The notes: a model not told the origin generated them from the sequence alone. DNA of 64,000 bases from Blastocatellia bacterium (GCA_963765495.1 CAVXWP010000009.1:512001-576000), one strand, 5' to 3'. Positions 20,184-30,407 are shown, counted from the first letter of the stretch. A program made the numbers and translations.

Positions 20184-21373
20184 TGCAGGAGAATATGAGC
20201 GAGTATGCCCCCTCGGGCAATACTCTACAATTGATGCTGGCAACGGGAGCCTTCGCGGTCTGCTTTGCCATATTTGGCTCGGTTTCGGCGATGATGCCGA
20301 TACTTCGCAAAAACCTCTCGCTCTCTCCAATCGAAGTAAGCATAGCAATAGCGCTTCCGGTCCTGCTCGGCAGCCTGGGGCGAATCCCGCTTGGGATGCT
20401 GACGGATCGTTACGGAGGACGCGTGATCTTTTCTATAGTGATGATCCTGTCGGTCATACCGGCGATGTTGATGGGATGGGTCTCGAATTACTGGCAGCTT
20501 TTGACATGCGGATTGTTTATAGGCATTGCGCTTGCCAGCTTCGCAGTCGGGGTCGGTTTTACATCGGGCTGGTACCCCCCCGAAAGGCAGGGCATGGCAC
20601 TGGGCGTTTACGGCGCAGGCAATGCCGGGCAATCGCTTGCGGCATTCGGCTCGCCCGTTCTTGCTGCCGCGCTCGGTTACAGGTGGGGTTTTTGGACTTT
20701 CGGAATACTTACAATGATCTGGCTGATACTGTTCTGGCTCAAGGCACGAAACGCGCCGCGCAAAGGCCCGCCCAAGACGCTCTCCGATTTGATAAAGCCC
20801 TTGCGCGAGCGGATGAGCTGGGTACTGAGCCTCTATTATTTTTTGACCTTCGGCGGGTTTGTCGCCATGAGCATATACCTGCCGACATTCCTGACTGAGA
20901 TGTTCAACCTTTCACCGCAAGACGCGGGTTTCCGCACTGCCGGTTTTGTGGTGCTTGCGACCGCGATGAGGCCCGCAGGCGGTCTGCTCGCAGATCGCGT
21001 AGGCGGTCGCACAATCCTGCTGTGGGTTTTTCCTTTGACGGCAATGATGGCAGTCTTTATGGCCTGTCCGTTGATGTCTACCTTCACAATCGGCGCTCTG
21101 GGGATGGCGGCGGCAATCGGGCTGGGAAACGGCGCGGTCTTCAAGCTGGTTCCCGAATACTTCCCGCATTCGGTAGGCAGCGTAACAGGGCTTGTGGGGG
21201 CATCAGGCGGGCTGGGAGGCTTCTTCCCTCCCCTCGTAGTCGGCAGCGTTCGACAGGTCACAGGAGAGTTCACCTGGGGATTTATACTCCTGGCACTGTT
21301 TGCCTCCATCTGCTGGGTCATAGCTCAAAAGATCACCTCCCCCCCGGCGAGTTATACGGTCGCGGCTGTTTAG
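20183..21373 (+). CDS. narK: NarK/NasA-family nitrate/nitrite MFS transporter
   Basis: [42 protein letters not shown] and GGLGGFFPP motifs. Confidence 0.9.
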   Translation: MQENMSEYAPSGNTLQLMLATGAFAVCFAIFGSVSAMMPILRKNLSLSPIEVSIAIALPVLLGSLGRIPLGMLTDRYGGRVIFSIVMILSVIPAMLMGWVSNYWQLLTCGLFIGIALASFAVGVGFTSGWYPPERQGMALGVYGAGNAGQSLAAFGSPVLAAALGYRWGFWTFGILTMIWLILFWLKARNAPRKGPPKTLSDLIKPLRERMSWVLSLYYFLTFGGFVAMSIYLPTFLTEMFNLSPQDAGFRTAGFVVLATAMRPAGGLLADRVGGRTILLWVFPLTAMMAVFMACPLMSTFTIGALGMAAAIGLGNGAVFKLVPEYFPHSVGSVTGLVGASGGLGGFFPPLVVGSVRQVTGEFTWGFILLALFASICWVIAQKITSPPASYTVAAV

Positions 21374-21404
21374 AAGACCCGAGAAATCAGGACAGGGGAT
21401 CGAT

Positions 21405-21902
21405 ATGAAATCGTCCAGACGCCACGATAGCTTGATTCCTCTTTCACGCGAGCATCAATACGCGCTGCTCTTATGCCTGCGGATTCATCGTGGTATCCCC
21501 GCCCATCGAAACGATCCCGACTGGCTCGGAAGGAAGGCCTCGGACGCAATACGGTTTTTCGAGAGCGACCTCACGCCTCATTTCAAGGCAGAAGAAGAGA
21601 TACTGTTTCCGGTCATGCGAAGACTCACAAACACCAGGGGAATCATAGAAGAGCTACTCGCCGAGCATCGAAAGATCGAATGCCTGATTGACAGACTGCG
21701 CCACGCCGATGCTGAATCGATTCCTCTCGCGCTCAAAGAATTCGCCGACACGCTTGAGGCGCACGCCAGGAAAGAGGAGCGGCAACTTTTTCCAATCTAC
21801 GAAGAGCAAGCGACCCTGGAAATCACCACCAGTGTCGAGCGCCAAATCCTGAATGCGATTGGAGACGCGCGCAAACCTCGCCACCCGGAATTGCTGGAAT
21901 AG
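21405..21902 (+). CDS. Hemerythrin-like (HHE) domain protein
   Basis: LSREH, HFKAEEEILFP, EH and HARKEERQLFP motifs. Confidence 0.8.
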   Translation: MKSSRRHDSLIPLSREHQYALLLCLRIHRGIPAHRNDPDWLGRKASDAIRFFESDLTPHFKAEEEILFPVMRRLTNTRGIIEELLAEHRKIECLIDRLRHADAESIPLALKEFADTLEAHARKEERQLFPIYEEQATLEITTSVERQILNAIGDARKPRHPELLE

Positions 21903-21911
21903 ACAATGCGC

Positions 21912-22631
21912 CTATTCGCCTGCGTAAATCTCAAGAGCTTCTTCGTCCGAGATGGTTATACGGCGGCCGTCTGCGCGGATAAGCTCGTTTTGCTGTAAGC
22001 GCCCGAACGCGCGCGAAACGACTTCTCGCACCGAGCCGATGCGCGAAGCTATCTGCTGGTGAGTCAGGACCATATCCACTGCGAGGCCGTCGGGTGTGAG
22101 CGAACCCCGCTGTCGCGCTTCCGAAAGGATCAATCGCGCCAGACGCTGATCAACCTCGTGGAGCGATAATGCTTCGATGAGCGCAGCCGAACGCCGCAAT
22201 CGTCCCGCGAGCACCTTGAGCGCGGCAAGCGCTATCTGCGGGCGTTCCAGACAGAGCCGCCGCACGTCGCGCTTATCTATATAAAGCAGAGTGGAATCCT
22301 CCTCGGCTGCAACCGTAGAAGGATAAGTGCCGTCATCAAAGACAGGCACTTCGGCTATGGTTGCCCCGGCGCGTTCGACGTGGATGACCTGCTCGCGCCC
22401 TTCGAGGCTCTCGCGGAAGGCCCGCACCGCGCCCGATACAACCACGTATAATCCGCGTGCCTCTTCGCCTGCTAAAAACAGTATCTCTCCGCGAGACAGG
22501 GTGTGCTCGACAGCACGGTCGGCAAGCACCCGAACCTCCCCCTCTTCAAGAGCGCCAAAAAGAGTCGTGGCCTTGAGCGCAGCAATTTTATTCGCAGCAA
22601 TGTTATTCGCAGCAATTTTATCTGTTGCCAT
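21912..22631 (-). CDS. Crp/Fnr-family transcriptional regulator
   Basis: cNMP-binding barrel (GEILF..GE...LYVV.SG.V); HTH THQQIASRIGSVREVVSR; no FNR cysteine cluster. Confidence 0.9.
   Translation of the reverse strand: MATDKIAANNIAANKIAALKATTLFGALEEGEVRVLADRAVEHTLSRGEILFLAGEEARGLYVVVSGAVRAFRESLEGREQVIHVERAGATIAEVPVFDDGTYPSTVAAEEDSTLLYIDKRDVRRLCLERPQIALAALKVLAGRLRRSAALIEALSLHEVDQRLARLILSEARQRGSLTPDGLAVDMVLTHQQIASRIGSVREVVSRAFGRLQQNELIRADGRRITISDEEALEIYAGE
22579..22621. repeat. 15-bp tandem repeat (about 3 copies) in the regulator N-terminus
   Basis: gcagcaat(t/g)ttattc repeated, encoding KIAAN-NIAAN-KIAA. Confidence 0.8.
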
Positions 22632-22690
22632 ACTCAGGTATGATCGCGCTTGATTGGGTTTCCTTCAAGCTCGCGGAGAATTTGCAACTG

Positions 22691-22706
22691 TATGACTTAA
22701 GTCACC
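22691..22706. promoter_or_regulatory. Crp/Fnr-family operator between the divergent regulator and ric
   Basis: TATGACTTAAGTCACC; perfect palindrome TGACTTAAGTCA. Confidence 0.65.
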
Positions 22707-22773
22707 GCCTGCTCCGGCAATCGAGGCTAAACTCAGAAATCGAGAGAAGGTCAAATTGATCGGAGGAATTTAT

Positions 22774-23499
22774 ATGTCTATCATTGCAACAAGAACCGTA
22801 GGCGATCTGGCAGTCGAGATGCCGAGCGCGGCCCGTGTATTTGAAAAGGTGGGAATAGACTATTGCTGCGGCGGCGGCAAGTCTCTTGCAGAAGCATGCC
22901 TCGGCGCCGGCATTTCCCTGGAGGATATCACTCGCTCGCTTGAGCAGACCGGCGATGCAGAAGCCGATACGAACGTGTCTGTCAGGTGGCAGACAGAACC
23001 GCTCAGCCAGCTGACATCCTTCATCGTAAACAAACACCATGTTTTCACAAGAGAAGAACTGGATCGTCTCGAAAATTTGTTAAGCAAAGTCTGCTCGGTT
23101 CACAGCCGGAACCACCCTGAACTGCTGCGCGTGCAGGCATTCTTCCGCGAGCTGAAGCAGGATTTGCTTCCGCATATGCTAAAAGAAGAGCAGGTGCTCT
23201 TTCCCTATATCGAGCAGATGGAAGCAGCCCGGGCCAGCCACACGCCCGCTCCGACTCCTTTTTTTGGAACCGTGCAAAACCCTGTTCGAATGATGATGAC
23301 CGAGCACGACAGCGCAGGAGAGATACTCAGACAACTCCGTGAAATAAGCGAGAATTTCACCGCGCCGGTGGATGCCTGTATAAGCTATAAGACACTCTAT
23401 AATGCGCTCGAAGAACTGGAGCGGGACCTGCACCAACATATTCACCTGGAAAATAACATCCTGTTTCCTCGCGCTATAGAGATGGAAAAGGATGTATAG
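22774..23499 (+). CDS. ric: Iron-sulfur cluster repair di-iron protein (Ric/YtfE/ScdA)
   Basis: IDYCCGG, KHH, HMLKEEQVLFP, MMTEHD and HIHLENNILFP motifs; GGAGG RBS. Confidence 0.92.
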   Translation: MSIIATRTVGDLAVEMPSAARVFEKVGIDYCCGGGKSLAEACLGAGISLEDITRSLEQTGDAEADTNVSVRWQTEPLSQLTSFIVNKHHVFTREELDRLENLLSKVCSVHSRNHPELLRVQAFFRELKQDLLPHMLKEEQVLFPYIEQMEAARASHTPAPTPFFGTVQNPVRMMMTEHDSAGEILRQLREISENFTAPVDACISYKTLYNALEELERDLHQHIHLENNILFPRAIEMEKDV

Positions 23500-23722
23500 C
23501 CGGGCAAAGACAGCCAGAGGGCCTGCCAATCAATAGATGAGCGAGGCAAGATAGGCAAAGCTTTTTCACTAGTCAATCAGCGGTTTTCTTTGATCTCGCA
23601 GGTCAATTTAAGAATCAAATCACCCTGGCGCGGCCTATCCGGGTGGTACTATCTATGCTGTCCATGTTTTCAGATTCGATTCTACTCAGTTATACTCAAT
23701 CAAGAAGTTGAGTATCTGAATT

Positions 23723-24784
23723 ATGGTCAAAGCAAAAGAATTTACGCTCAGATTTGCTTGCGCGACTGTCGTAGCGCTTTTTGTAATTGGTGCCGCCGAG
23801 GCGCAGAGCGGGCGCAGGTTGCCTACTACCTCGCCGCAGGATCAGGACAAACCTCTCAGGCTGCGTGCCGAAGAGGTTCTGTTGAACGTGACCGTCACAG
23901 ACCCTTATGGCCGCCAGGCTACCGACCTCGGCAAAGACGAGTTCATCATAGCCGAAGACGGAAAACGACAGGACATGTCCAGCTTCGCATTGAGCAGTGT
24001 GCCGATAAACGTAGTCCTCCTGCTCGATGCTTCCGGGTCGGTCGTGGGCGAAATCTCATCGCTCAGAAACGCGGCCATGAAATTCGTGGAAAAACTCGGA
24101 CCCGAAGATAAGGTATCCGTCATCGAATTTCATACCAAAGTGGAGTTGATACAGGACTGGACTTCGAGCGCCGACGATCTGCGCCACGCCATCACATGGC
24201 GATTCAGACCCGGCACTACGCGCACACAGGAGGGCACACTGCTTCCCGGCACCACCTCTTTATATGATGCCCTCTATCTGGCAACCAACGATCAGCTTTC
24301 AAAGGTCGAGGGCCGCAAGGCGATCATAATGCTCACGGATGGCGACGACACTTCGAGCAAGGTGACATACAATCAGGCACTCTCGTCCATCGTAAAATCG
24401 GGGGCTACGGTTTATGTAGTCAGCAAGGCCCGCGCATTTCTCGCTCAGATTGACAGGTATCGCGGCAGGCTTGGGCGAGTGCTTGGCGGTGGAACCGCGC
24501 AACAGGCGGACATCATCGCGGCAAGACTTGAGAACGCCGAGCGACTGATGACCGACATCGCAAAGCGCACAGGCGGTCGCATCTTCTCACCACTCGAAGA
24601 CAAGGATATGGAAGACGTATACACAGACGTGGCCCGCGAGTTGAAGAATCAATACATCATCACCTACATCCCCACAAACGAGGATCGCAACGGGGCGCTG
24701 CGCCACATCAACCTCTACCTTACACGACCGGGCTACTCCGCTCGCACACGCGATAGCTACTACGCGCCAAGAGAGGAAAATTAG
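23723..24784 (+). CDS. Secreted VWA-domain protein (acidobacterial VWFA type)
   Basis: Signal peptide; DASGS MIDAS; TSLYDAL; RKAIIMLTDGDD; ELKNQY.I.Y.P. Confidence 0.85.
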   Translation: MVKAKEFTLRFACATVVALFVIGAAEAQSGRRLPTTSPQDQDKPLRLRAEEVLLNVTVTDPYGRQATDLGKDEFIIAEDGKRQDMSSFALSSVPINVVLLLDASGSVVGEISSLRNAAMKFVEKLGPEDKVSVIEFHTKVELIQDWTSSADDLRHAITWRFRPGTTRTQEGTLLPGTTSLYDALYLATNDQLSKVEGRKAIIMLTDGDDTSSKVTYNQALSSIVKSGATVYVVSKARAFLAQIDRYRGRLGRVLGGGTAQQADIIAARLENAERLMTDIAKRTGGRIFSPLEDKDMEDVYTDVARELKNQYIITYIPTNEDRNGALRHINLYLTRPGYSARTRDSYYAPREEN

Positions 24785-24903
24785 TATGCAGTAGGCAGTA
24801 GGCAGTTGATACTGAACTGACGACCACCGCTAAAGAGAACACGGCGTATGCATATGAATAGGTGGCACCCAACTCCGTTACTGCATACTGCATACTGCCT
24901 ACT
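24783..24903. repeat. Family A element between convergent genes
   Basis: agtatgcagtaggcagtaggcag...gaataggtggcacccaactccgtt actgcatactgcatactgcct; core nearly identical to 53107-53211. Confidence 0.85.
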
Positions 24904-25594
24904 TCTTCTTTTTCGGCTTATCTTCGTCGGATTTCTTTGATGGAGCCTTTCTGGTGGCCGGCTTTTTTGCCGTTACTTCTTTAGCGGAATCCTCTTTCGC
25001 GGTCGCGGTTTTCTTTGTCGATTTTCTGGTTGTGGCCTTCTTAGGCTCGGAATCTTTCACCTCAACTCTGGGTTTGCGCGCAGCGGTCTTCCTGGCGGCC
25101 TTTTTTTCCTTTGGCGCTTCCGGCGAAATATCCGGCGCGCGTTCGGCGCTTTCAGGCTCCGTGGCAGACCACGCCCCCAGTTCCGATTGCGACCGGGCGC
25201 GCTCGGCAGCCGTGAGCGCGCCCGAAGCTTCGGGGCGCTCGGCAATCTCGGGCGTCGTGCGAGGCTCGAAGGAACGAGGCCCTTCGCCCTGTTCGTCTAT
25301 GCTTACCGAGCCCGTCGGTGGAGCCTCTTCGCGTGATGAAGGCCGAGACTCTTTTTTCAGGGCAGCTTCGCTTGCTTGATGAGCCTGACGCGCCTCTTCT
25401 TCGGCGCGGCGAGACTCCTCCACGATCAGGAAGCTCAGGATTTCATGTTCGGCGCGAAACCAGTCTTCGGCTTCGCTGCCCGGCTCGCCGCCGCGCCTCT
25501 GGTAAATTTCGTAGGCACGCATCGCTATCATGTCTCGCACCTGTGAATCGGCGAGCAATCTCTGGCGCAGTTCTTCTATGCTTTCTCTATTCAT
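24899..25594 (-). CDS. DUF2934-domain protein with Lys/Ala-rich C-terminal tail
   Basis: IAMRAYEIYQRRG...G...EDWFRAE motif; KKAARKTAARK/KKPATRK tail. Confidence 0.75.
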   Translation of the reverse strand: MNRESIEELRQRLLADSQVRDMIAMRAYEIYQRRGGEPGSEAEDWFRAEHEILSFLIVEESRRAEEEARQAHQASEAALKKESRPSSREEAPPTGSVSIDEQGEGPRSFEPRTTPEIAERPEASGALTAAERARSQSELGAWSATEPESAERAPDISPEAPKEKKAARKTAARKPRVEVKDSEPKKATTRKSTKKTATAKEDSAKEVTAKKPATRKAPSKKSDEDKPKKKK

Positions 25595-25667
25595 TGTTTT
25601 TTCCTCATATAATGAAAAGGTGTCCAGCCGATCAAACCAACCGGCTCGCTATAAAATGGATATGTAT

Positions 25668-27194
25668 TTACTCACGCTCTCCCGGCCTTTGAGCGTCGTC
25701 GCCGGTCTTCGGTCTCCACCTGAGAACGGGCTTGCGCGCAGCGGCGACCTCGTCGAGCCTTCCTACTTTCGTAGTGTGCGGAGCATGCTTGAGTAATTCG
25801 GCATCCTCTCGAGCTTCGTCATTTATAGACCGCATCGCATCTATAAACAGATCGAGTTCCTCGCGGCTTTCTGTTTCGGTAGGTTCAACCATGATAGCTC
25901 CCTGAATGATCAGAGGAAACGACATGGTCGGCGGGTAAAATCCGTAATCAATCAAACGCTTGGCTATGTCGGCATTTCTTACATTGAACTTTGCCTGCTT
26001 CTTGTCGGAAAAGACAACTTCGTGCATGACGCGGCCCGGATACGGGATGTCGTAAACCTCTTTCAGATGATGCGCGATGTAATTGGCATTGAGCACAGCC
26101 GTCTCGGTCGCTTCGCGCAATCCATTGTCCCCGTGGGTCAGGATGTAGCCGAGCGCGCGGACCAGCACTCCAAAGTTTCCGAAGTAGGCCCTCACACGCC
26201 CGATTGATTTCGGGCGGTCGAAATCGAGCGTGAGCCCTTCGTCTGTGCGCGCCAGCCTCGGATAAGGCAGATACGGTTCAAGTTCTTCACACACCCCAAC
26301 GGGACCGGCTCCGGGTCCGCCGCCGCCGTGCGGGGTCGAAAACGTCTTGTGCAGATTCAGGTGCATTACATCCACGCCGAAATCGCCGGGCCGCGCTACG
26401 CCTACGAGCGCGTTCATGTTTGCGCCGTCCATGTAGACCATTCCGCCGCGCTCGTGAACGATGCGGCAGACATCCACTATATTGCGCTCGAATTTGCCGA
26501 GCGTGTTCGGGTTTGTAAGCATCAAGGCGGCCACATCTTCGGTCATCACTTCCTTGAGCGCGTTGACAGAGATTTCGCCCTGCGGGTTTGAGCGAACCGT
26601 CTCAACAGTGTAGCCGCATACGATGGCAGAGGCCGGGTTTGTGCCGTGAGCCGAATCCGGTATCAACACCTTTTTGCGCGCATCGCCCCGCGCAGCAAGA
26701 GCGGCGCGTATCATCATGATTCCGCTCATCTCGCCCTGAGCGCCCGCCGCCGGTTGAAGCGTCACGGCGTGAAGGCCGGTGATTTGAACCAGGCACTCTT
26801 CGAGATGGCGGATTATTTCGAGCGCGCCCTGCGCGAGGGGGGCGGGCGTCAGCGGATGCAAATTGGCAAAGCCTTCGATGCGGGCGAGCCGCTCGTTTAA
26901 GCGCGGGTTGTACTTCATCGTGCACGAACCGAGCGGGTACATTCCGGTATCTACACCGTAATTCCACGTAGAGATTCGCGTGAAGTGGCGAATCACGTCT
27001 ACTTCCGACAATTCCGGCATGCCTTCCAGATCGTCGTCGCGAAGCAGGCGCTCATCTATCATCCCGGTTGTCTGCTCGGGCACATCGAGTGTGGGAAGCG
27101 AATAGCCGATACGCCCGGGACGCGATATTTCAAACAGAAGGTCTTCGTTCTGGACCGTGTGTGTTGTTGCTTTTTTAATCCTGCTTTTTTCCAT
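25668..27194 (-). CDS. gcvPB: Glycine dehydrogenase subunit 2
   Basis: PLGSCTMKYNP; HLNLHKTFSTPHGGGGPG. Confidence 0.95.
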   Translation of the reverse strand: MEKSRIKKATTHTVQNEDLLFEISRPGRIGYSLPTLDVPEQTTGMIDERLLRDDDLEGMPELSEVDVIRHFTRISTWNYGVDTGMYPLGSCTMKYNPRLNERLARIEGFANLHPLTPAPLAQGALEIIRHLEECLVQITGLHAVTLQPAAGAQGEMSGIMMIRAALAARGDARKKVLIPDSAHGTNPASAIVCGYTVETVRSNPQGEISVNALKEVMTEDVAALMLTNPNTLGKFERNIVDVCRIVHERGGMVYMDGANMNALVGVARPGDFGVDVMHLNLHKTFSTPHGGGGPGAGPVGVCEELEPYLPYPRLARTDEGLTLDFDRPKSIGRVRAYFGNFGVLVRALGYILTHGDNGLREATETAVLNANYIAHHLKEVYDIPYPGRVMHEVVFSDKKQAKFNVRNADIAKRLIDYGFYPPTMSFPLIIQGAIMVEPTETESREELDLFIDAMRSINDEAREDAELLKHAPHTTKVGRLDEVAAARKPVLRWRPKTGDDAQRPGERE

Positions 27195-27230
27195 TTGTGA
27201 TTTTCAGAGTCGAGTTTTGAAACCGGCTTT

Positions 27231-28562
27231 TCAGATCTCGGAAAGGGCGGATACCAGATTATCAATAGCCTGTTTCTTTGTGGTTTCCGTGACGCAGACA
27301 AGGAGTGAATCTTTTAGCTCCGGGTAGTAGCATTCGAGCGCGACCCCGCCTATTATCTGCCTGTCAAGCAAAGCCCGTGTCACTTCGACGGCAGGTTTAG
27401 GCATCCTTATCACGAACTCGTTGAAGAACTGCCCGGTATAGCGGAGTTCGAAACCACCTATCTTTATGATTTCGCGTGCGGCGTAATGCGCCTTTTGCAT
27501 ATTCTGGCGAGCGGTTTCCTGAATGCCGCGACGGCCCATCGTGGCCAGATATATCGTAGCCATCAGCGCGAATAATCCCTGATTTGTACAGATGTTGGAA
27601 GTGGCTTTCTCGCGCCGGATGTGCTGCTCGCGGGTCGAAAGCGTCAGAACATATCCGCGACGGCCGTTGTGGTCGTATGCTTCGCCGACGAGGCGACCGG
27701 GAACCTGGCGAATATACTTTTCCAGAGTGGCAAAGAGCCCCAGATACGGGCCTCCGTAACTGAGAGGTATCCCGAAAGACTGGCCTTCGGCTACGACTAT
27801 GTCTGCTCCGCAAGCGCCGGGAGATTTCAAAACGCCGAGGCTCACGGGTTCGCTCATCGAGACAATCAGGAGCGCGCCCGCGCTGTGCGCGGCATCGGCG
27901 AGCGCGGACAGGTCTTCTATACAGCCAAAGAAATTCGGCGATTGCACGACGACTGCGGCGGTCTTGTCGTCTATCTGAAGCGCATTGACATCGAGCGTTC
28001 CGGCCTCCGTGTGACCGGCATAACCAACCTCGATGCCGAGGTGTTTGGTGTAGGCCGCGACGACTTCCCGGTACTGCGGGTGGACCGTATCGGCTATGAT
28101 GAATTTGTCGCGGCGCGTCACGCGATGAGCCATCAGGACGGCCTCGCCCACAGCGGTCGAGCCGTCATAAAGCGAAGCATTTGCTACTTCCATGCCGGTC
28201 AACTGGCAGATCATGGTCTGAAACTCAAATATGTATTGCAGCGTGCCCTGACTCAGTTCCGGCTGATAAGGCGTATAGGCCGTGAAGAACTCCGACCGCG
28301 AAATCAACGAGTCGATGACCACGGGGATGAAATGCGAATACGCGCCCGCGCCAAGAAACGATTGATAATCGGTGCGGTTACGAGCGGCAAGCTGGCGGAA
28401 GTAGGCAAGCAAGTCCGACTCGCTTATGGCCGGACCTACGCCGAGCGGTTCTGCCAGCCTTAGATTTTCGGGGATTTGCTCGAAAAGGTCTTCTATTCGC
28501 TCACAGCCCATCTCTTCGAGCATAGAACGGCGCTCATCGGGCGAGTTGGGAATGTATCTCAT
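27231..28562 (-). CDS. gcvPA: Glycine dehydrogenase subunit 1
   Basis: TAYTPYQPELSQG; REQHIRREKATSNICTNQ. Confidence 0.95.
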   Translation of the reverse strand: MRYIPNSPDERRSMLEEMGCERIEDLFEQIPENLRLAEPLGVGPAISESDLLAYFRQLAARNRTDYQSFLGAGAYSHFIPVVIDSLISRSEFFTAYTPYQPELSQGTLQYIFEFQTMICQLTGMEVANASLYDGSTAVGEAVLMAHRVTRRDKFIIADTVHPQYREVVAAYTKHLGIEVGYAGHTEAGTLDVNALQIDDKTAAVVVQSPNFFGCIEDLSALADAAHSAGALLIVSMSEPVSLGVLKSPGACGADIVVAEGQSFGIPLSYGGPYLGLFATLEKYIRQVPGRLVGEAYDHNGRRGYVLTLSTREQHIRREKATSNICTNQGLFALMATIYLATMGRRGIQETARQNMQKAHYAAREIIKIGGFELRYTGQFFNEFVIRMPKPAVEVTRALLDRQIIGGVALECYYPELKDSLLVCVTETTKKQAIDNLVSALSEI

Positions 28563-28568
28563 CGACCC

Positions 28569-28964
28569 TTACTCCGAGGCTTCTTCTTTGATGTAATCCT
28601 CATACTCGGCGGCGCTCAATAAACCATCCACCTGCGAAGGATTCTCCATCTTAATGGCGATCATCCAGCCTTCGCCGTAAGGGTCTTCGTTGACCCGTTC
28701 GGGCGAATCATTAAGACTTTCATTGACCTCGGTAACAGACCCGCCCAGCGGCATATAAATCTCGCTGACGGCCTTGACGCTCTCAACAGAGCCGAAAGGC
28801 TCGGCGATCTCGAAGCTATCGCCTATCTTTGGCAATTCCACGTAAACCACATCGCCCAACTGGTTCTGAGCGTGATCGGTGATGCCGATTGTAGCCGTGT
28901 CGCCTTTGATGCGAACCCATTCGTGATCCTTTGTATAGCTCAAATCTTCCGGGGTAGTTGCCAT
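28569..28964 (-). CDS. gcvH: Glycine cleavage H protein
   Basis: HEWV, GITDHAQ..LGD and lipoyl ESVKA motifs. Confidence 0.95.
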   Translation of the reverse strand: MATTPEDLSYTKDHEWVRIKGDTATIGITDHAQNQLGDVVYVELPKIGDSFEIAEPFGSVESVKAVSEIYMPLGGSVTEVNESLNDSPERVNEDPYGEGWMIAIKMENPSQVDGLLSAAEYEDYIKEEASE

Positions 28965-28984
28965 CTTTACTTACTCTCCATTTT

Positions 28985-30088
28985 TTAGTCGAAAGTTCTC
29001 TCTCTTTTGTAAAAGGGCGTCTGTACGATGCGAGCCGCCACCAGCCGTCCGCGCACGATTACGGAAAACTCCGTGCCCACAGCCGCGTGCTCGACGGGCA
29101 GATAGACAAGACCTATGTTCTTCTTCAGGAACGGCGCGGGGCTGCCCGATGCAACCTGGCCGATCTCGCGTCCGTCCACAACGACCGCGTAACCGTCTCT
29201 TACGGGCACTCTGTCGAGCACCTCAAAACCCACGAGTTTGCGTTTTAGTCCCTCTTTTTTTTGCCGCTCAAGCGTCTCGCGTCCGGGAAAACGATTTTGC
29301 TTGCTGAGCTTTACCACCCAGCCAAGCCCCGCTTCAAGCGGGGTTGTAGTCTCGTCCATATCATTGCCGTAGAGCCTGTAGGCGGCTTCGAGTCTGAGCG
29401 TATTGCGCGCGGCCAACCCGCACGGAACAAGCCCCCGGTCGCGGCCCGTGATAAGCAATCGATTCCACAGATGAAGCGCGTGATCCGGGGGAACGAATAT
29501 TTCGAATCCGTCTTCGCCCGTGTAGCCGGTTCGCGACACGCGACAATCAATGCCGTCCACCTTCAGTCGCTGCGACCAGTAATACGGTATGCGGTCGAGC
29601 ATGTGATCGGTAAGATTCTGAAGTATTCGCTCGGCGCGAGGCCCCTGCAAGGCCAGCAACGCATAAGCGAAACTTGTGTCGTGAACCTCTGCCTTATAGG
29701 GCTCCGCGTGCCGCTTTATCCACGCGAAATCTTTTTCCGTGGTCCCCGCGTTGACCACCAGCAGAAAGTATTCGGCGTTTAGGCGATAGACCAGCAGATC
29801 ATCAATGACGCCCCCCTGATCGTTTGTCATCGTAGAGTATTGAACCTGATTGTCCTGGAGCCCCGAGACATCATTTGTTGTGATGCTCTGGACCAGATCG
29901 AGCGCATCGTGGCCTACGATTTCGACCTCGCCCATGTGTGAAACATCGAACAATCCGGCCGCCTCTCGCACAGCCATGTGCTCAGGGGCAGGGCCGGCAT
30001 ACTGGACCGGCATCTCCCATCCCGCATAATCGACCATTCGAGCGCCTATCGCGACGTGCGCGTCATATAGGGGGGTGCGCTTCAACAT
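28985..30088 (-). CDS. gcvT: Glycine cleavage aminomethyltransferase T
   Basis: MLKRTPLY, GWEMPVQY, FDVSHMGE, RTGYTGEDG and LRLEA motifs. Confidence 0.95.
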   Translation of the reverse strand: MLKRTPLYDAHVAIGARMVDYAGWEMPVQYAGPAPEHMAVREAAGLFDVSHMGEVEIVGHDALDLVQSITTNDVSGLQDNQVQYSTMTNDQGGVIDDLLVYRLNAEYFLLVVNAGTTEKDFAWIKRHAEPYKAEVHDTSFAYALLALQGPRAERILQNLTDHMLDRIPYYWSQRLKVDGIDCRVSRTGYTGEDGFEIFVPPDHALHLWNRLLITGRDRGLVPCGLAARNTLRLEAAYRLYGNDMDETTTPLEAGLGWVVKLSKQNRFPGRETLERQKKEGLKRKLVGFEVLDRVPVRDGYAVVVDGREIGQVASGSPAPFLKKNIGLVYLPVEHAAVGTEFSVIVRGRLVAARIVQTPFYKRERTFD

Positions 30089-30222
30089 AAGTAATTCCTG
30101 TATCTCTTCAATGATGAACTGCTCTCTACTCTGCAATATCGAGATTAACTACCCGAAAGCGAACTGGCAAGCTAACACAGGCATTTTTGCGGCGTCAAGA
30201 CTTCACCGGGCAAGGTTAGCGG

Positions 30223-30407
30223 TGCGTAATGCGTGATTCGTGATTCGTGAAAAGATTTAGTACATTGGAAATCGAGTTTTTTGAGAAAAGATTTGTGCCG
30301 AATTGCCAGCAGGGCTGTTTGATTCCAATATATTTAGACAGGATTTACATGATTTTATAAAGACGAGTGGAAATCCTGTCTAAAATCCCGGTTCTTCATC
30401 ACGCATC
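30223..30407. repeat. Family B heptamer arms with a nested family C palindrome (30333-30384)
   Basis: gcgtgattcgtgattcgtga ... catcacgc; inner tttagacaggattt...aaatcctgtctaaa. Confidence 0.65.

Noticed and set aside
30089-30222. Glycine riboswitch upstream of gcvT
   Set aside because: Short leader with no recognisable tandem aptamer consensus
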